A stretch of DNA of 23,493 nucleotides from an uncultured Thermococci archaeon (GCA_964549615.1 CAZJVP010000022.1:1-23493), one strand, 5' to 3'. Shown: positions 1-8,048, numbered from the stretch's first letter. The notes: generated by a model not told the origin, from the sequence alone. Numbers and translations are program-made.

Positions 1-656
1 AGCCTCAAGAGCATTGCCCCCGGACTCTGGGTCATCACCTGGGTTGCCTTCGCCAGCTGGTCGGCGGCTTGCTGTTCGCCCTGGGCTATGATGACCCTGG
101 AGCGCCTCTCCCTCTCGGCCTCGGCCTGCCTGGCCATAGCTCGCTTCATGGTGTCAGGCACCTCCACGTTCTTGATCTCAACGGCCGAAACCTTGATGCC
201 CCAGGGATCCGTGGCCTCGTCGACCGTGGCTTGGAGCTTCTTGTTCAGCTCATTCCTCTCCGTGAGGACCTGGTCCAGGAACGCAGTCCCTATCACGTTC
301 CTAAGGCTCGTCTGGGCATAAAGCGAGGTCGCTGCTATGAAGTTGGTCACCTGAACGACGGATTTCTCGGGATCCATGACGCGCATGTACAGCACGGCGT
401 CCACCCGGATCGGCACGTTGTCCCTGGTGATCACATCCTGGGGTGGGACATCCAAGACCATGGTCCTGAGGTCGACCCTCACCATCTTCTCGAAGATCGG
501 GATTATGAAGAAAAGCCCCGGCCCCCTGGCGCCCACGAGCCTTCCAAGCCTGAAGATGACCCCCCTCTCGTACTCCCTCACTATCTTGATCGCCGAGGCG
601 ATGATGATGAGCAGGAAGAACACCAGAGCTGCCAGCGGAACGAACCAGTCTGCCAT
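1..656 (-). CDS. SPFH/band 7 (stomatin/slipin) family membrane protein, 3' end outside window
   Basis: Not in the ORF track because it runs off the edge. Manual translation from ATG 656 gives MADWFVPLAALVFFLLIIIASAIKIVREYERGVIFRLGRLVGARGPGLFFIIP...DLRT..LDVPPQDVITRDNV...TDPWGIKVSAVEIK...MKRAMARQAEAERERR, the standard stomatin signature. Frame is open to position 1. Confidence 0.95.
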   Translation of the reverse strand, partial: MADWFVPLAALVFFLLIIIASAIKIVREYERGVIFRLGRLVGARGPGLFFIIPIFEKMVRVDLRTMVLDVPPQDVITRDNVPIRVDAVLYMRVMDPEKSVVQVTNFIAATSLYAQTSLRNVIGTAFLDQVLTERNELNKKLQATVDEATDPWGIKVSAVEIKNVEVPDTMKRAMARQAEAERERRSRVIIAQGEQQAADQLAKATQVMTQSPGAMLLR

Positions 657-688
657 GACGATGCGCCGCCCACCGTTTTGCCCCTTTC

Positions 689-702
689 CCATAAATATTT
701 GT
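689..702 (-). promoter_or_regulatory. Putative archaeal TATA box for the stomatin gene
   Basis: AT-rich AAATATTTAT (minus strand, 700-691) in GC-rich DNA, ~35 nt upstream of ATG 656. Confidence 0.55.
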
Positions 703-736
703 GGGTCCTCTGGACGCCGCTGCAGCCTCCCCCAAA

Positions 737-1969
737 TCAAGCTTGCTTCCGGGCCTTCCTGAGCGCCGCCTCGACCGCCGCAACCATGTCGTTGAGTTCC
801 TTGCGGGTGTAGTTCGTGCTATTAGGCAGCGAGACAGCCCGCTTGAGCGCCCTCTCGAGCACCGGGCAGCGCCGAATCTTCCGGAACCTGTTCAGGGGAT
901 CCGTGAAGGGCCTGCCCGCCCGGTTTATGGTCGCGCGCGTCTTGAAGATGTCCAGCTCATAGGCCGGCTGCCCGCTGTACACCTGGCCCGCGGGAACTCC
1001 CTCCTCCCTGACAAGCTCGCTGAACTGCCCGGCGGTCATCTTGATCTCGTCCGGAAGGTAGTAGATGATCGAGTAGTGGACTGGACGGGAGCCCGGAATG
1101 ATCTTCCTGGGGATCAGGCCGAGCTGCTCCATCCTGGGATTGAGATACCCAGCGTTGGAGTTCACGATCTCCACGATCTTGTCCAGCTTCCGCAGCTGCG
1201 CCAGCGCCACCGCGGCCTGGAGCTCGGACATCCTGTAATTGAGTCCCAGCGGCCCCGCGTGGGAGCCCGAGAATCTGTTGTATCCGTGATCGTGAAATCT
1301 CACGGCGTTGTCGTAGATTCGGTCGTCATCGGTTGTGACGATCCCCCCCTCCCCGGACGTGATCATCTTGTTCAGCTGCAGGCTGAAACACCCGATGTCG
1401 CCGAGCGCCCCCACCTTCTTTCCCCTCAAGGAGGCGCCGTGCGCGTGGGAACAATCCTCGATCAGGTAGAGGTCCTTCTCCTCCGCGACCTCCCGCAGGC
1501 CCGTCATGTCCGCCGGGAATCCCAGCAGGTGGACGGGAAGGATGGCTTTCGTCCTCGGCGTCACCGCTTCCCTGACGGACCTGGGATCAAGATTCATTGT
1601 CTCGTACTCGACATCTGCGAAGACTGGAACCCCGCCGCACAGGAGGACGGGAGTGATGTTTGCTATGAACGTGACGGGAGGCACTATGACCTCCTCGCCC
1701 GCGCCTATGCCGCAGGCGGCCACCCCCTCGTGCACGGCCGCGGTTCCGCTTGAAACTGCAAGCGCGTGTCTGGCGCCGATGTACCGGGCGAACTCGGCCT
1801 CGAAGGCATCAGCCTTGTGCCTCGGATCGGGCCCGTAGAATCGGAAGAGCGACTTGGATCGGACGACTTCCTGCACCTCCTTGAGTTCCTCCCTGCCTAT
1901 CAGGTTCACCCCGAAGCCGGTGTACGGCCACGGCTCCTTGCGAACCGGCCCACTTTTCCTGCGAGCCAT
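737..1969 (-). CDS. DegT/DnrJ/EryC1/StrS family PLP-dependent (sugar) aminotransferase
   Basis: Motifs SSGTAA, VIVPPVTFIA, ILPVHLLG, IEDCSHAHG (PLP Asp), FSLQLNKMITSGEGG (Schiff-base Lys), NYRMSELQAA. ATG 1969 preferred over GTG 1978 because SD GGTGAGGTG lies 6 nt upstream. Confidence 0.93.
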   Translation of the reverse strand: MARRKSGPVRKEPWPYTGFGVNLIGREELKEVQEVVRSKSLFRFYGPDPRHKADAFEAEFARYIGARHALAVSSGTAAVHEGVAACGIGAGEEVIVPPVTFIANITPVLLCGGVPVFADVEYETMNLDPRSVREAVTPRTKAILPVHLLGFPADMTGLREVAEEKDLYLIEDCSHAHGASLRGKKVGALGDIGCFSLQLNKMITSGEGGIVTTDDDRIYDNAVRFHDHGYNRFSGSHAGPLGLNYRMSELQAAVALAQLRKLDKIVEIVNSNAGYLNPRMEQLGLIPRKIIPGSRPVHYSIIYYLPDEIKMTAGQFSELVREEGVPAGQVYSGQPAYELDIFKTRATINRAGRPFTDPLNRFRKIRRCPVLERALKRAVSLPNSTNYTRKELNDMVAAVEAALRKARKQA

Positions 1970-2014
1970 CCTCGACACCTCACCAACGCGCCTCGGCGGG
2001 AGGGAAGCGATCCC

Positions 2015-2980
2015 CTAGTCTTCCCACCGCCAGTTCATTTGCCTTTCCACCTTCCTTATGTCCTTCAGAAACGGGGCACCTTCCATGGGACCCAGCTTCG
2101 TGACGGCAAAGGCACCGACCGTGTTTCCGAGCCTGCCGCACTCAAGGATTGACCGCCCAGCCACATAGCTCGTCGTGAAACCCGCGTCAAAGCAGTCCCC
2201 AGCACCGGTCGGGTCAACCCTGGGCATCACGCGCTCGATCGGAAACGGCGGCACCCTCACCTCCTGGTTTTCGGTGAAGATGGTGCAACCCTCGGATCCC
2301 ATCTTCAGCGCCACGACCTTCGCATCCCTCAGAAGCGCTCTGCACGCCTTGGCTGGCTCAGCGATGCCTGTAAGCATGCTCGCCTCCTCGCCGCTCGGCA
2401 AGACTATGTCGCACACCTCCAGGACCGGGCGACAGATCTCCCTGACCCTCTCGATGCCGAGAAGCTCGGGCCTTAGGTTGGGATCCAGGCTGATCAACCC
2501 GCCGCGGGACTTGACGATCTTCATGGCCTTGTAGCAGGCCTCGCGGCTGGAATCGCTCACGGAGAGCGCCGAACCCATGAGATGAAGGAGCTTTGCGCCT
2601 GCAAGGTAGGCGGGGTCTACATCGTTAGGACCAAGCGTCCCGGCCGCGGAGTACCTGAGATGGAAGATGAATTTCCTAGAACCGTCCCGGTTGTAGGAGA
2701 CGAACGCGCACCCCGTGGTATGGCCTTCCCTCCTCTTCACCTGGGACACATCCACCTTATCCTCCCTCAACCGGTTCTCCACGACATCTCCGAAATCATC
2801 CGGGCCCAGAACCCCGATGAAGCCGGTCGACGCACCCAGCCTCGCCGCAGCATCTATGTAGATCGCCGGCGCACCACTTGGGAAGGGCCCCATGAACTCG
2901 GCCGGCGTGTTCAGCGGGATCCCTACCTCCTTTCGCATTATCTCTACCAGCATCTCTCCCATGGAGACTATCTCTGGCAT
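2015..2980 (-). CDS. PfkB/ribokinase-family sugar kinase
   Basis: GEMLVE, PSGAPAI..AAARLG, DPNLRPEL and the anion-hole motif DPTGAGDCF. ATG 2980 has SD GGTGAG and follows the YjbQ stop by 1 nt. Confidence 0.94.
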   Translation of the reverse strand: MPEIVSMGEMLVEIMRKEVGIPLNTPAEFMGPFPSGAPAIYIDAAARLGASTGFIGVLGPDDFGDVVENRLREDKVDVSQVKRREGHTTGCAFVSYNRDGSRKFIFHLRYSAAGTLGPNDVDPAYLAGAKLLHLMGSALSVSDSSREACYKAMKIVKSRGGLISLDPNLRPELLGIERVREICRPVLEVCDIVLPSGEEASMLTGIAEPAKACRALLRDAKVVALKMGSEGCTIFTENQEVRVPPFPIERVMPRVDPTGAGDCFDAGFTTSYVAGRSILECGRLGNTVGAFAVTKLGPMEGAPFLKDIRKVERQMNWRWED

Positions 2981-2981
2981 C

Positions 2982-3413
2982 TCACTCACCCAGCACCTGC
3001 ACGCAATACTCCCGGGAAAGGGGTCCGTCCATCTCCACGAAATATATGTTCTGTCTTCCGCCCCTGACGATCTTCCCGTTCTCGACGGGAAAGATCGCGT
3101 TGATCCCTGTCAGCATCCCCCTGAGATGGCAGTGGGCGTTCACCCCGAGCCTGCCGTCGAAGTCGAGATACCTTGCGTGGTGGTAGTTCAGCCCCTCCGG
3201 CACCAGCCTCCTCAGCGTGTCCAACGTGTCCTCCTCAAGGCAGGGCAGGCCCTCGTTCACGGTGATGCCCGTGGTCGTGTGCATCGTTATCACGTTCACG
3301 ATCCCCTGTGTTATTCCGGATTTCCTGACGACCTCCTCCACCTTGTCGGTTATGTTGATCATCTCCATCTCCTTCTTGCTCTGGACCACAAGTTTCTCTA
3401 GGTGCACCTTCAT
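2982..3413 (-). CDS. yjbQ: YjbQ/UPF0047 family protein (secondary thiamine-phosphate synthase family)
   Basis: INITD..V..SGI..G, HTTTGITVNE, NAHCH, Q.IYFVEMDGP..R motifs. ATG 3413 forms an ATGA overlap with the upstream stop and has SD GGAGGTG. Confidence 0.9.
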   Translation of the reverse strand: MKVHLEKLVVQSKKEMEMINITDKVEEVVRKSGITQGIVNVITMHTTTGITVNEGLPCLEEDTLDTLRRLVPEGLNYHHARYLDFDGRLGVNAHCHLRGMLTGINAIFPVENGKIVRGGRQNIYFVEMDGPLSREYCVQVLGE

Positions 3414-4279
3414 CGCCACACCTCCCTCGATCCGAGGAAACGCTCGGCATTCTTTCGGAATATCAGTTCCTGTGCCCCATCACTGAGGCCCAGCGCCTTC
3501 ACGGCCTCGACCATCTTGACCGTTTCGATCCTGGGATAGTTCGAACCGAACATCACCTGGTTTCTCAGCGAGCGCTCCAACCAAGTCGTGGGGATCTGGC
3601 AGGAGAACGTCTGGCGGATGAACTCCATGGGCGTGTCCGCGTAGAGGCACGATGTGTCCGCATGGATCGTGGGATACTTGAGCATCAACGCAACCGTATC
3701 CATGACCCAGGGCCAGCCGAAGTGCGCGACGCAGATCTTCAGCTTCGGGAATCTGGTTGCCACCGCCTCCAGGAGGAGGGGTCGGCAGGGATCGAGCTTG
3801 GAGCCGGGTTCCCAGCTGAGCCCGCTGTGGAAGAGGATGGGCACTCCGAGCTCCGACGCCCTTGCATAGATCGGGAACACCTTCTCGTCGTCGGGCCTGA
3901 ACTCTTGGATGCCTGGAGCCAACTTGAGCCCGACGAGCCCCAACTCCTTGACCGCCGCGTCGAGGTCGTCTGGTGCGGACTTGGAGTGTGGATCAACGCT
4001 GGCGAAGCCCGCGAACCTGTCCTTCGCCCGGTCGACCAGCTCTGCTATCTGCTGGTTGGAGTATATCCTGCATCCCCTGGAGGTGGTGCAGTCTATCGGA
4101 AGCAGCACGGACTTTCGGATTCCCGCAACGTCCATCTGCAGCAGGAAGGTCTCGAGGGGCTGCGGGCGGTTGTGAAGCCCGAACACCTCCTTCGTGACCC
4201 TCAACATCTGCTTGTCCTTCTTCATCGTCTCCTCAACGAGCACCGGGTGCGTATGTATGTCGATCATGCTTCTTTTCAC
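3410..4279 (-). CDS. Amidohydrolase-superfamily protein (Amidohydro_2/COG2159-like TIM barrel)
   Basis: IDIHTH (HxH), RFAGFASVDP, GLKL.P, PILFHSG, AHFGWPW, DTS, FGSNYP, NAERFLG. GTG 4279 overlaps the LarA stop (GTGA). Alternative ATG at 4267. Confidence 0.9.
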   Translation of the reverse strand: MKRSMIDIHTHPVLVEETMKKDKQMLRVTKEVFGLHNRPQPLETFLLQMDVAGIRKSVLLPIDCTTSRGCRIYSNQQIAELVDRAKDRFAGFASVDPHSKSAPDDLDAAVKELGLVGLKLAPGIQEFRPDDEKVFPIYARASELGVPILFHSGLSWEPGSKLDPCRPLLLEAVATRFPKLKICVAHFGWPWVMDTVALMLKYPTIHADTSCLYADTPMEFIRQTFSCQIPTTWLERSLRNQVMFGSNYPRIETVKMVEAVKALGLSDGAQELIFRKNAERFLGSREVWR

Positions 4280-5544
4280 CTTAGTCTGGGCACTATCTCG
4301 GCCGCCCTCTTGAAGGCAAGGACCTCCGGCGAGCTGCCGGCGCCCCTAAGGGCCATCTCCACAGCCTCCTGAGGGTCCCGTGCATACTCGAAGCCGAGGG
4401 TCTCGGTTTGCTTTCTCGTCAATCCGACGGTGTAGACTATCACCCTCATCTTCTCTAGAATCTTGCCCACGTGAAGCATTGCCGCAATCGCACATAGGTC
4501 CTTGAGCTCCCCTGACTCCATCATGGCCTCTGCCCTGGATGGATAAAGGTAACCGTGCTTCTCCAGCTCGGGATGCTCCTTGGACGCTCCTTCCCAGCAG
4601 GGGGAGAACATGACTATGGTGCCCCCGGGCTTCACGGCGAGCTCCGCCGCTTCCAGGGCCTTGACCGCCTGCCACATATCGATGTCGGCCGGGTGCGAGT
4701 CGACCACGGCGATGTCGACCTTGTGATCGATCGGTATGCAGTAGATCTCGTCCGACGCCTCGACGCCCCTGCGATGCGCCTCCACCGGGTGGCCGAAGAA
4801 GCACCCAACCATCCTGCCCCTTCCATCCAGCACCGTGTTTGCGATCGCCTTCAGGCCCGCCTTTGCGGCTATCTCCTCGATCTCGGCCCGCACCGGGTTG
4901 TCCGCCACGCCTAGGATGTCTTCGCCCTCGAACCTTCCCGCGATCACGTGGGTTCGGCCGGTCGTCTCGGCCCCGCTCAGGCCGGGCTGGACTATCTTTC
5001 CGCCCCCCGTGTACCCGGCAACCCTGTGGGCCACGATGTTCCCGAGCCCGATGCTCCAGTCGGATTCCAATATGCTTCGGTTGACCGAGATCGGTATTCC
5101 CGAGCGGGTGGTGCCGAGGTCGGACAACATCGACTCATCCCTCCAGTAGTGGTTGAAAACGTGGAACCTCGACAGCACATCATCGCCCGCCTTCCGTGCC
5201 ATCTCCTCCTTCGTCATGTACCTATGGGTCCCCAAGGCGAACACAACTCGGATGTCCTCGTCCCCCAGCCCGGCCGATTCCAGTTCCCTAAGCAGCGGCG
5301 GGAGCATGAGCCTCGTCGGAGTCTGTCGCGTGATGTCGTCAAGTATGATGAGCGCCTTGTCGCCCTTTGAGACCTGGGAGGCGATCGGGTCGCATCCGAT
5401 CGGCCGGCAGAGCGAGCGCGCGATCATCGTCTCCGCCGGCTCCTTGGGGCGGTGTTCCTTCGGAGCGTGGATGCCGGCCAGCACGCGGTCAGGTATCTCG
5501 ACCCTGATCCGGCCCTTTCCGAGGTGGAAGAAGATCCGTGCCAT
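4276..5544 (-). CDS. larA: LarA-family nickel-pincer-nucleotide-dependent alpha-hydroxy-acid racemase/epimerase (422 aa)
   Basis: DDITRQTP, ALGTHR, H..AGYTGGGKIVQPG, a downstream His (TTGRTH), NPVRAEIEE, WQAVKAL, KPGGTIV...C.EG. True start is probably ATG 5544 (MARIFF), 11 nt after the upstream stop. Substrate is not established. Confidence 0.92.
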   Translation of the reverse strand: MARIFFHLGKGRIRVEIPDRVLAGIHAPKEHRPKEPAETMIARSLCRPIGCDPIASQVSKGDKALIILDDITRQTPTRLMLPPLLRELESAGLGDEDIRVVFALGTHRYMTKEEMARKAGDDVLSRFHVFNHYWRDESMLSDLGTTRSGIPISVNRSILESDWSIGLGNIVAHRVAGYTGGGKIVQPGLSGAETTGRTHVIAGRFEGEDILGVADNPVRAEIEEIAAKAGLKAIANTVLDGRGRMVGCFFGHPVEAHRRGVEASDEIYCIPIDHKVDIAVVDSHPADIDMWQAVKALEAAELAVKPGGTIVMFSPCWEGASKEHPELEKHGYLYPSRAEAMMESGELKDLCAIAAMLHVGKILEKMRVIVYTVGLTRKQTETLGFEYARDPQEAVEMALRGAGSSPEVLAFKRAAEIVPRLR

Positions 5545-5555
5545 GGTCCTACCGG

Positions 5556-6671
5556 TCACAGCGATAGTATGTCGGGACGCTGCACCTTGACCCCCTCCAC
5601 CTCGTGGGTGATGGTGGGCCACGCGCGTGTCTGCGTGACGATGAGCGCGCCGCCCTGCGTGCAGACGATCGTGTCCTCGCTCTTGGTCCCCGCTATCGAG
5701 GGATTCCACGCAAAGGCCTGGTTGGGCCTGACGGATTCCCTGCAGGACGGCGTTGCGAGGAAATCCCTTGTCTGGTAACCGGTCGCGCCCCCTTGGTGGT
5801 GAAACATCCACTGGTCAGGGTAGCCAGTTGCGGCGTAGTCCTCGATTGCCCTCGAAAGAAGCCAGGATACGGACCGTCCCTCTTTGGTCCGCGAGATCAA
5901 CCCGGCGTCGATCCTTGTGCACGCGTCGTGTTTCCTTGCCAGTTCCCGCGGGACGCCTCCCAAGCTCACAAGCCGGGTGGCAGATGCGATCAGGCCCCAC
6001 TTCCTTCCGCACGCGACGAGCATGGCATACTTCCTCAGCTTCCTATCCGTGGGGATGGGGTGACGGTAGAGCTGTATCCTCTTGTCCACCGCAACCAGGA
6101 TGACGGCGGGCAGGACGCCGGAGGCCAGAAGATTGCGCGCAAGCAGGGAGGCGATCTCATGTTCGGTGCGGCCTGGCCTCACCTGCCTGCAAGCCCTCTC
6201 GACAGCTAGGCCGGTAAGCTTGCCGACCTGCTTGTACCGGTCAACCTCCTCCGGCGTGAGGCTGTATCTAAGGGGCGATATCTCGTCGTCCACCATCTCC
6301 GCCCCCGGGAATGGCCAGTCCGTTCCGATCTTTCCGTTTCCGACAAGCTCCCTGATGATCTCGAACCGGCGATCCTCATGCCATGGGGTCTCCCTGACCT
6401 CGAATCCTTGGCCCTCGACCTCCTCGGCAGCCATCCTCCCAGCCTCGATGTTGTTCGTTACCAGGAACTTTTTGTCCGCTGTCACGACGACGGTGGACAC
6501 GCCCCTTCGGTTCGTGATCTCGACGTGGTTGTCGCCCCCGCAGGTGAACCAGGCGAAGTTCTTCGAGGTCGTGAGGCAAAGCGCGGAGAATCCCCTCTCT
6601 TCCAGGAAATTGCGAACCCTCTTCTCCTTCACGGCAATCTCGGACTTGGAGGGCTTCAACGCTTCTCGCAC
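5556..6671 (-). CDS. M24 (pita-bread fold, creatinase/aminopeptidase-P-like) protein lacking most metal ligands
   Basis: Creatinase-like N-domain (NFAWFT), PG.TE.EIA, YRHP, GLIASATR, HHQGGATGY, WNPS, KSEDT. GTG start 7 nt after the oxidoreductase stop. Confidence 0.85.
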   Translation of the reverse strand: MREALKPSKSEIAVKEKRVRNFLEERGFSALCLTTSKNFAWFTCGGDNHVEITNRRGVSTVVVTADKKFLVTNNIEAGRMAAEEVEGQGFEVRETPWHEDRRFEIIRELVGNGKIGTDWPFPGAEMVDDEISPLRYSLTPEEVDRYKQVGKLTGLAVERACRQVRPGRTEHEIASLLARNLLASGVLPAVILVAVDKRIQLYRHPIPTDRKLRKYAMLVACGRKWGLIASATRLVSLGGVPRELARKHDACTRIDAGLISRTKEGRSVSWLLSRAIEDYAATGYPDQWMFHHQGGATGYQTRDFLATPSCRESVRPNQAFAWNPSIAGTKSEDTIVCTQGGALIVTQTRAWPTITHEVEGVKVQRPDILSL

Positions 6672-6678
6672 CCTAGCA

Positions 6679-7836
6679 CTACTCGATGGTGATCCATCTC
6701 CTCTCTCTGTTGCTCTTCAGCATGGCCTCACACAACACGACCTCGTGGTGCCCGTCCGCAAAAGTCGGGAAGTCCGGCGGGGAGGACTTGGGATCCTTTC
6801 CGGCGGCCACGAACTCGTAGAAGTTCCTCATGAACATCTTGATGCCATCTGGGTACGCCTCTGGATGGCCGCCCGGGTAAGCGGCGTAGCGCTTCGCCTC
6901 GGGAAGGAGCAGTGAAGGATCCTTGACGAGCAACTCGTTTGCCCGTTCCCTTCTGCCGATCCACATCTCATTCGGCCTTTCTTGGTCCCAAGCAAGCGCA
7001 CACTTGGACCCGTCGACCTCAATGTACAGCCTGTTCTTCCTTCCTGCCGCCATCTGTGATATTCCGAACAGACCCTTCGCCCCATTTTCCAGCTCGAACA
7101 GCACGCCCGCATAGTCCTCGGTCGTTATGGTCTTCTCCTCGTAGTCCTCGGGACGAAGCTCCTTTCCAAGGTACGTCTCTATCGGCGCCTTAGGCTTCTT
7201 GCGAACGGGCAGGATAGTTCTGAGGTCGGCACACACCTTGACGATATTGAGCCCGGTCACGAACTGGGCTGTGTCGCACCAATGTGATCCAACATCCCCG
7301 ATGGCCCTCGAAGCCCCTCCCACCTCGGGTTCAAGCCTCCAGTTGTAGTCCGTTTCCAGGAATAGCCAGTCCTGTAGGTAGGAGCCCCTGACCGCGTATA
7401 TCTGGCCGACGTCCCCCCTCTTGACCATCGCCCTTGCGTGCTGGACGAGCGGGTAGTGCCTGTAGTTGAAGTTGATCCCGTTCACGACCCCGGCGTCGGA
7501 TGCCAGCTTGACGAGCTTGGAAGACTCCCTGCTGTCCATCGCCAAGGGTTTCTCCGAGATTATGTGCTTGCCAGCCGCGATTATGTCCTGGTTTATCTGG
7601 AAATGGAGGAAGTTCGGCGTGCAGTTGTGCACCACCTCTATCTCAGGGTCCTGCAGGATCTGTCGGTAGTCGCCGAACGCGTTAGGGATGTGCAACTGCT
7701 CCGCCTTCTGCTTCGCAATGGCCTCGTTGGCCTCGGCCAGCGCCTTCACCTCCACGAAACCCAGCCTCCGAACGGCTTCGACGTGAGCTGGACCTATGAA
7801 ACCCGTCCCAATGATTCCGGCCTTGATCCTCCTCAT
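6679..7836 (-). CDS. Gfo/Idh/MocA family NAD(P)-dependent oxidoreductase
   Basis: GIIGTGFIG Rossmann motif, CTPN.LH, SEKPLA, NFNYR, NWR, GDVGSH(W)CD. ATG 7836 has SD GGAGG. First gene of the operon. Confidence 0.95.
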   Translation of the reverse strand: MRRIKAGIIGTGFIGPAHVEAVRRLGFVEVKALAEANEAIAKQKAEQLHIPNAFGDYRQILQDPEIEVVHNCTPNFLHFQINQDIIAAGKHIISEKPLAMDSRESSKLVKLASDAGVVNGINFNYRHYPLVQHARAMVKRGDVGQIYAVRGSYLQDWLFLETDYNWRLEPEVGGASRAIGDVGSHWCDTAQFVTGLNIVKVCADLRTILPVRKKPKAPIETYLGKELRPEDYEEKTITTEDYAGVLFELENGAKGLFGISQMAAGRKNRLYIEVDGSKCALAWDQERPNEMWIGRRERANELLVKDPSLLLPEAKRYAAYPGGHPEAYPDGIKMFMRNFYEFVAAGKDPKSSPPDFPTFADGHHEVVLCEAMLKSNRERRWITIE

Positions 7837-7898
7837 CAAATCCGCCTCCGCGGGACGAACGCGCCCCTCTCGGCCTTGGTCGCCGCACCTTGCTCATC

Positions 7899-7912
7899 CA
7901 TATTAAATGTTG
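7899..7912 (-). promoter_or_regulatory. Putative TATA box for the 7-gene operon
   Basis: ATTTAATA on the minus strand at 7908-7901, ~65 nt upstream of ATG 7836, consistent with a short leader containing the GGAGG SD. Confidence 0.6.
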
Positions 7913-8003
7913 CTAGGTCGCGGGCCGAAATTCGCAAATCCTCGGAGCCATGGACGGGCCGAGCCTTGCCGGGCATTCAGTCCTAGGGCCTCTCCCAGCT
8001 TCC

Positions 8004-8021
8004 CAGAAAAGACCTTTAAGC
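8004..8021 (+). promoter_or_regulatory. Putative BRE+TATA for the CDF transporter
   Basis: CAGAAAAG-ACC-TTTAAG (TATA 8015-8020) ~30 nt upstream of ATG 8049, suggesting a near-leaderless transcript. Confidence 0.6.
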
Positions 8022-8048
8022 GCCAGGTCCGACGCAAGACCTGCTGAG

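Noticed and set aside
1-736. Stomatin as part of the sugar operon, or an NfeD-stomatin pair
   Set aside because: It has its own TATA-like box in the 80-nt gap, and no NfeD gene is visible in the window (one could lie beyond the left edge).
301-783. Minus-strand 160-aa ORF
   Set aside because: It is an alternative frame over the stomatin gene, whose real frame starts at 656 and runs off the window.
69-1753. Long plus-strand ORFs 69..812 and 701..1753 (and similar shadow ORFs across the window)
   Set aside because: They are antisense to well-supported genes, have no family motifs, and are expected in GC-rich DNA.
5545-5811. 89-aa N-terminal extension of the LarA ORF
   Set aside because: It overlaps the M24-like gene in another frame. 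ATG 5544 gives a normal-length LarA.
7950-8048. N-terminal extension of the CDF ORF
   Set aside because: It spans the gene's own BRE/TATA. ATG 8049 fits promoter spacing.
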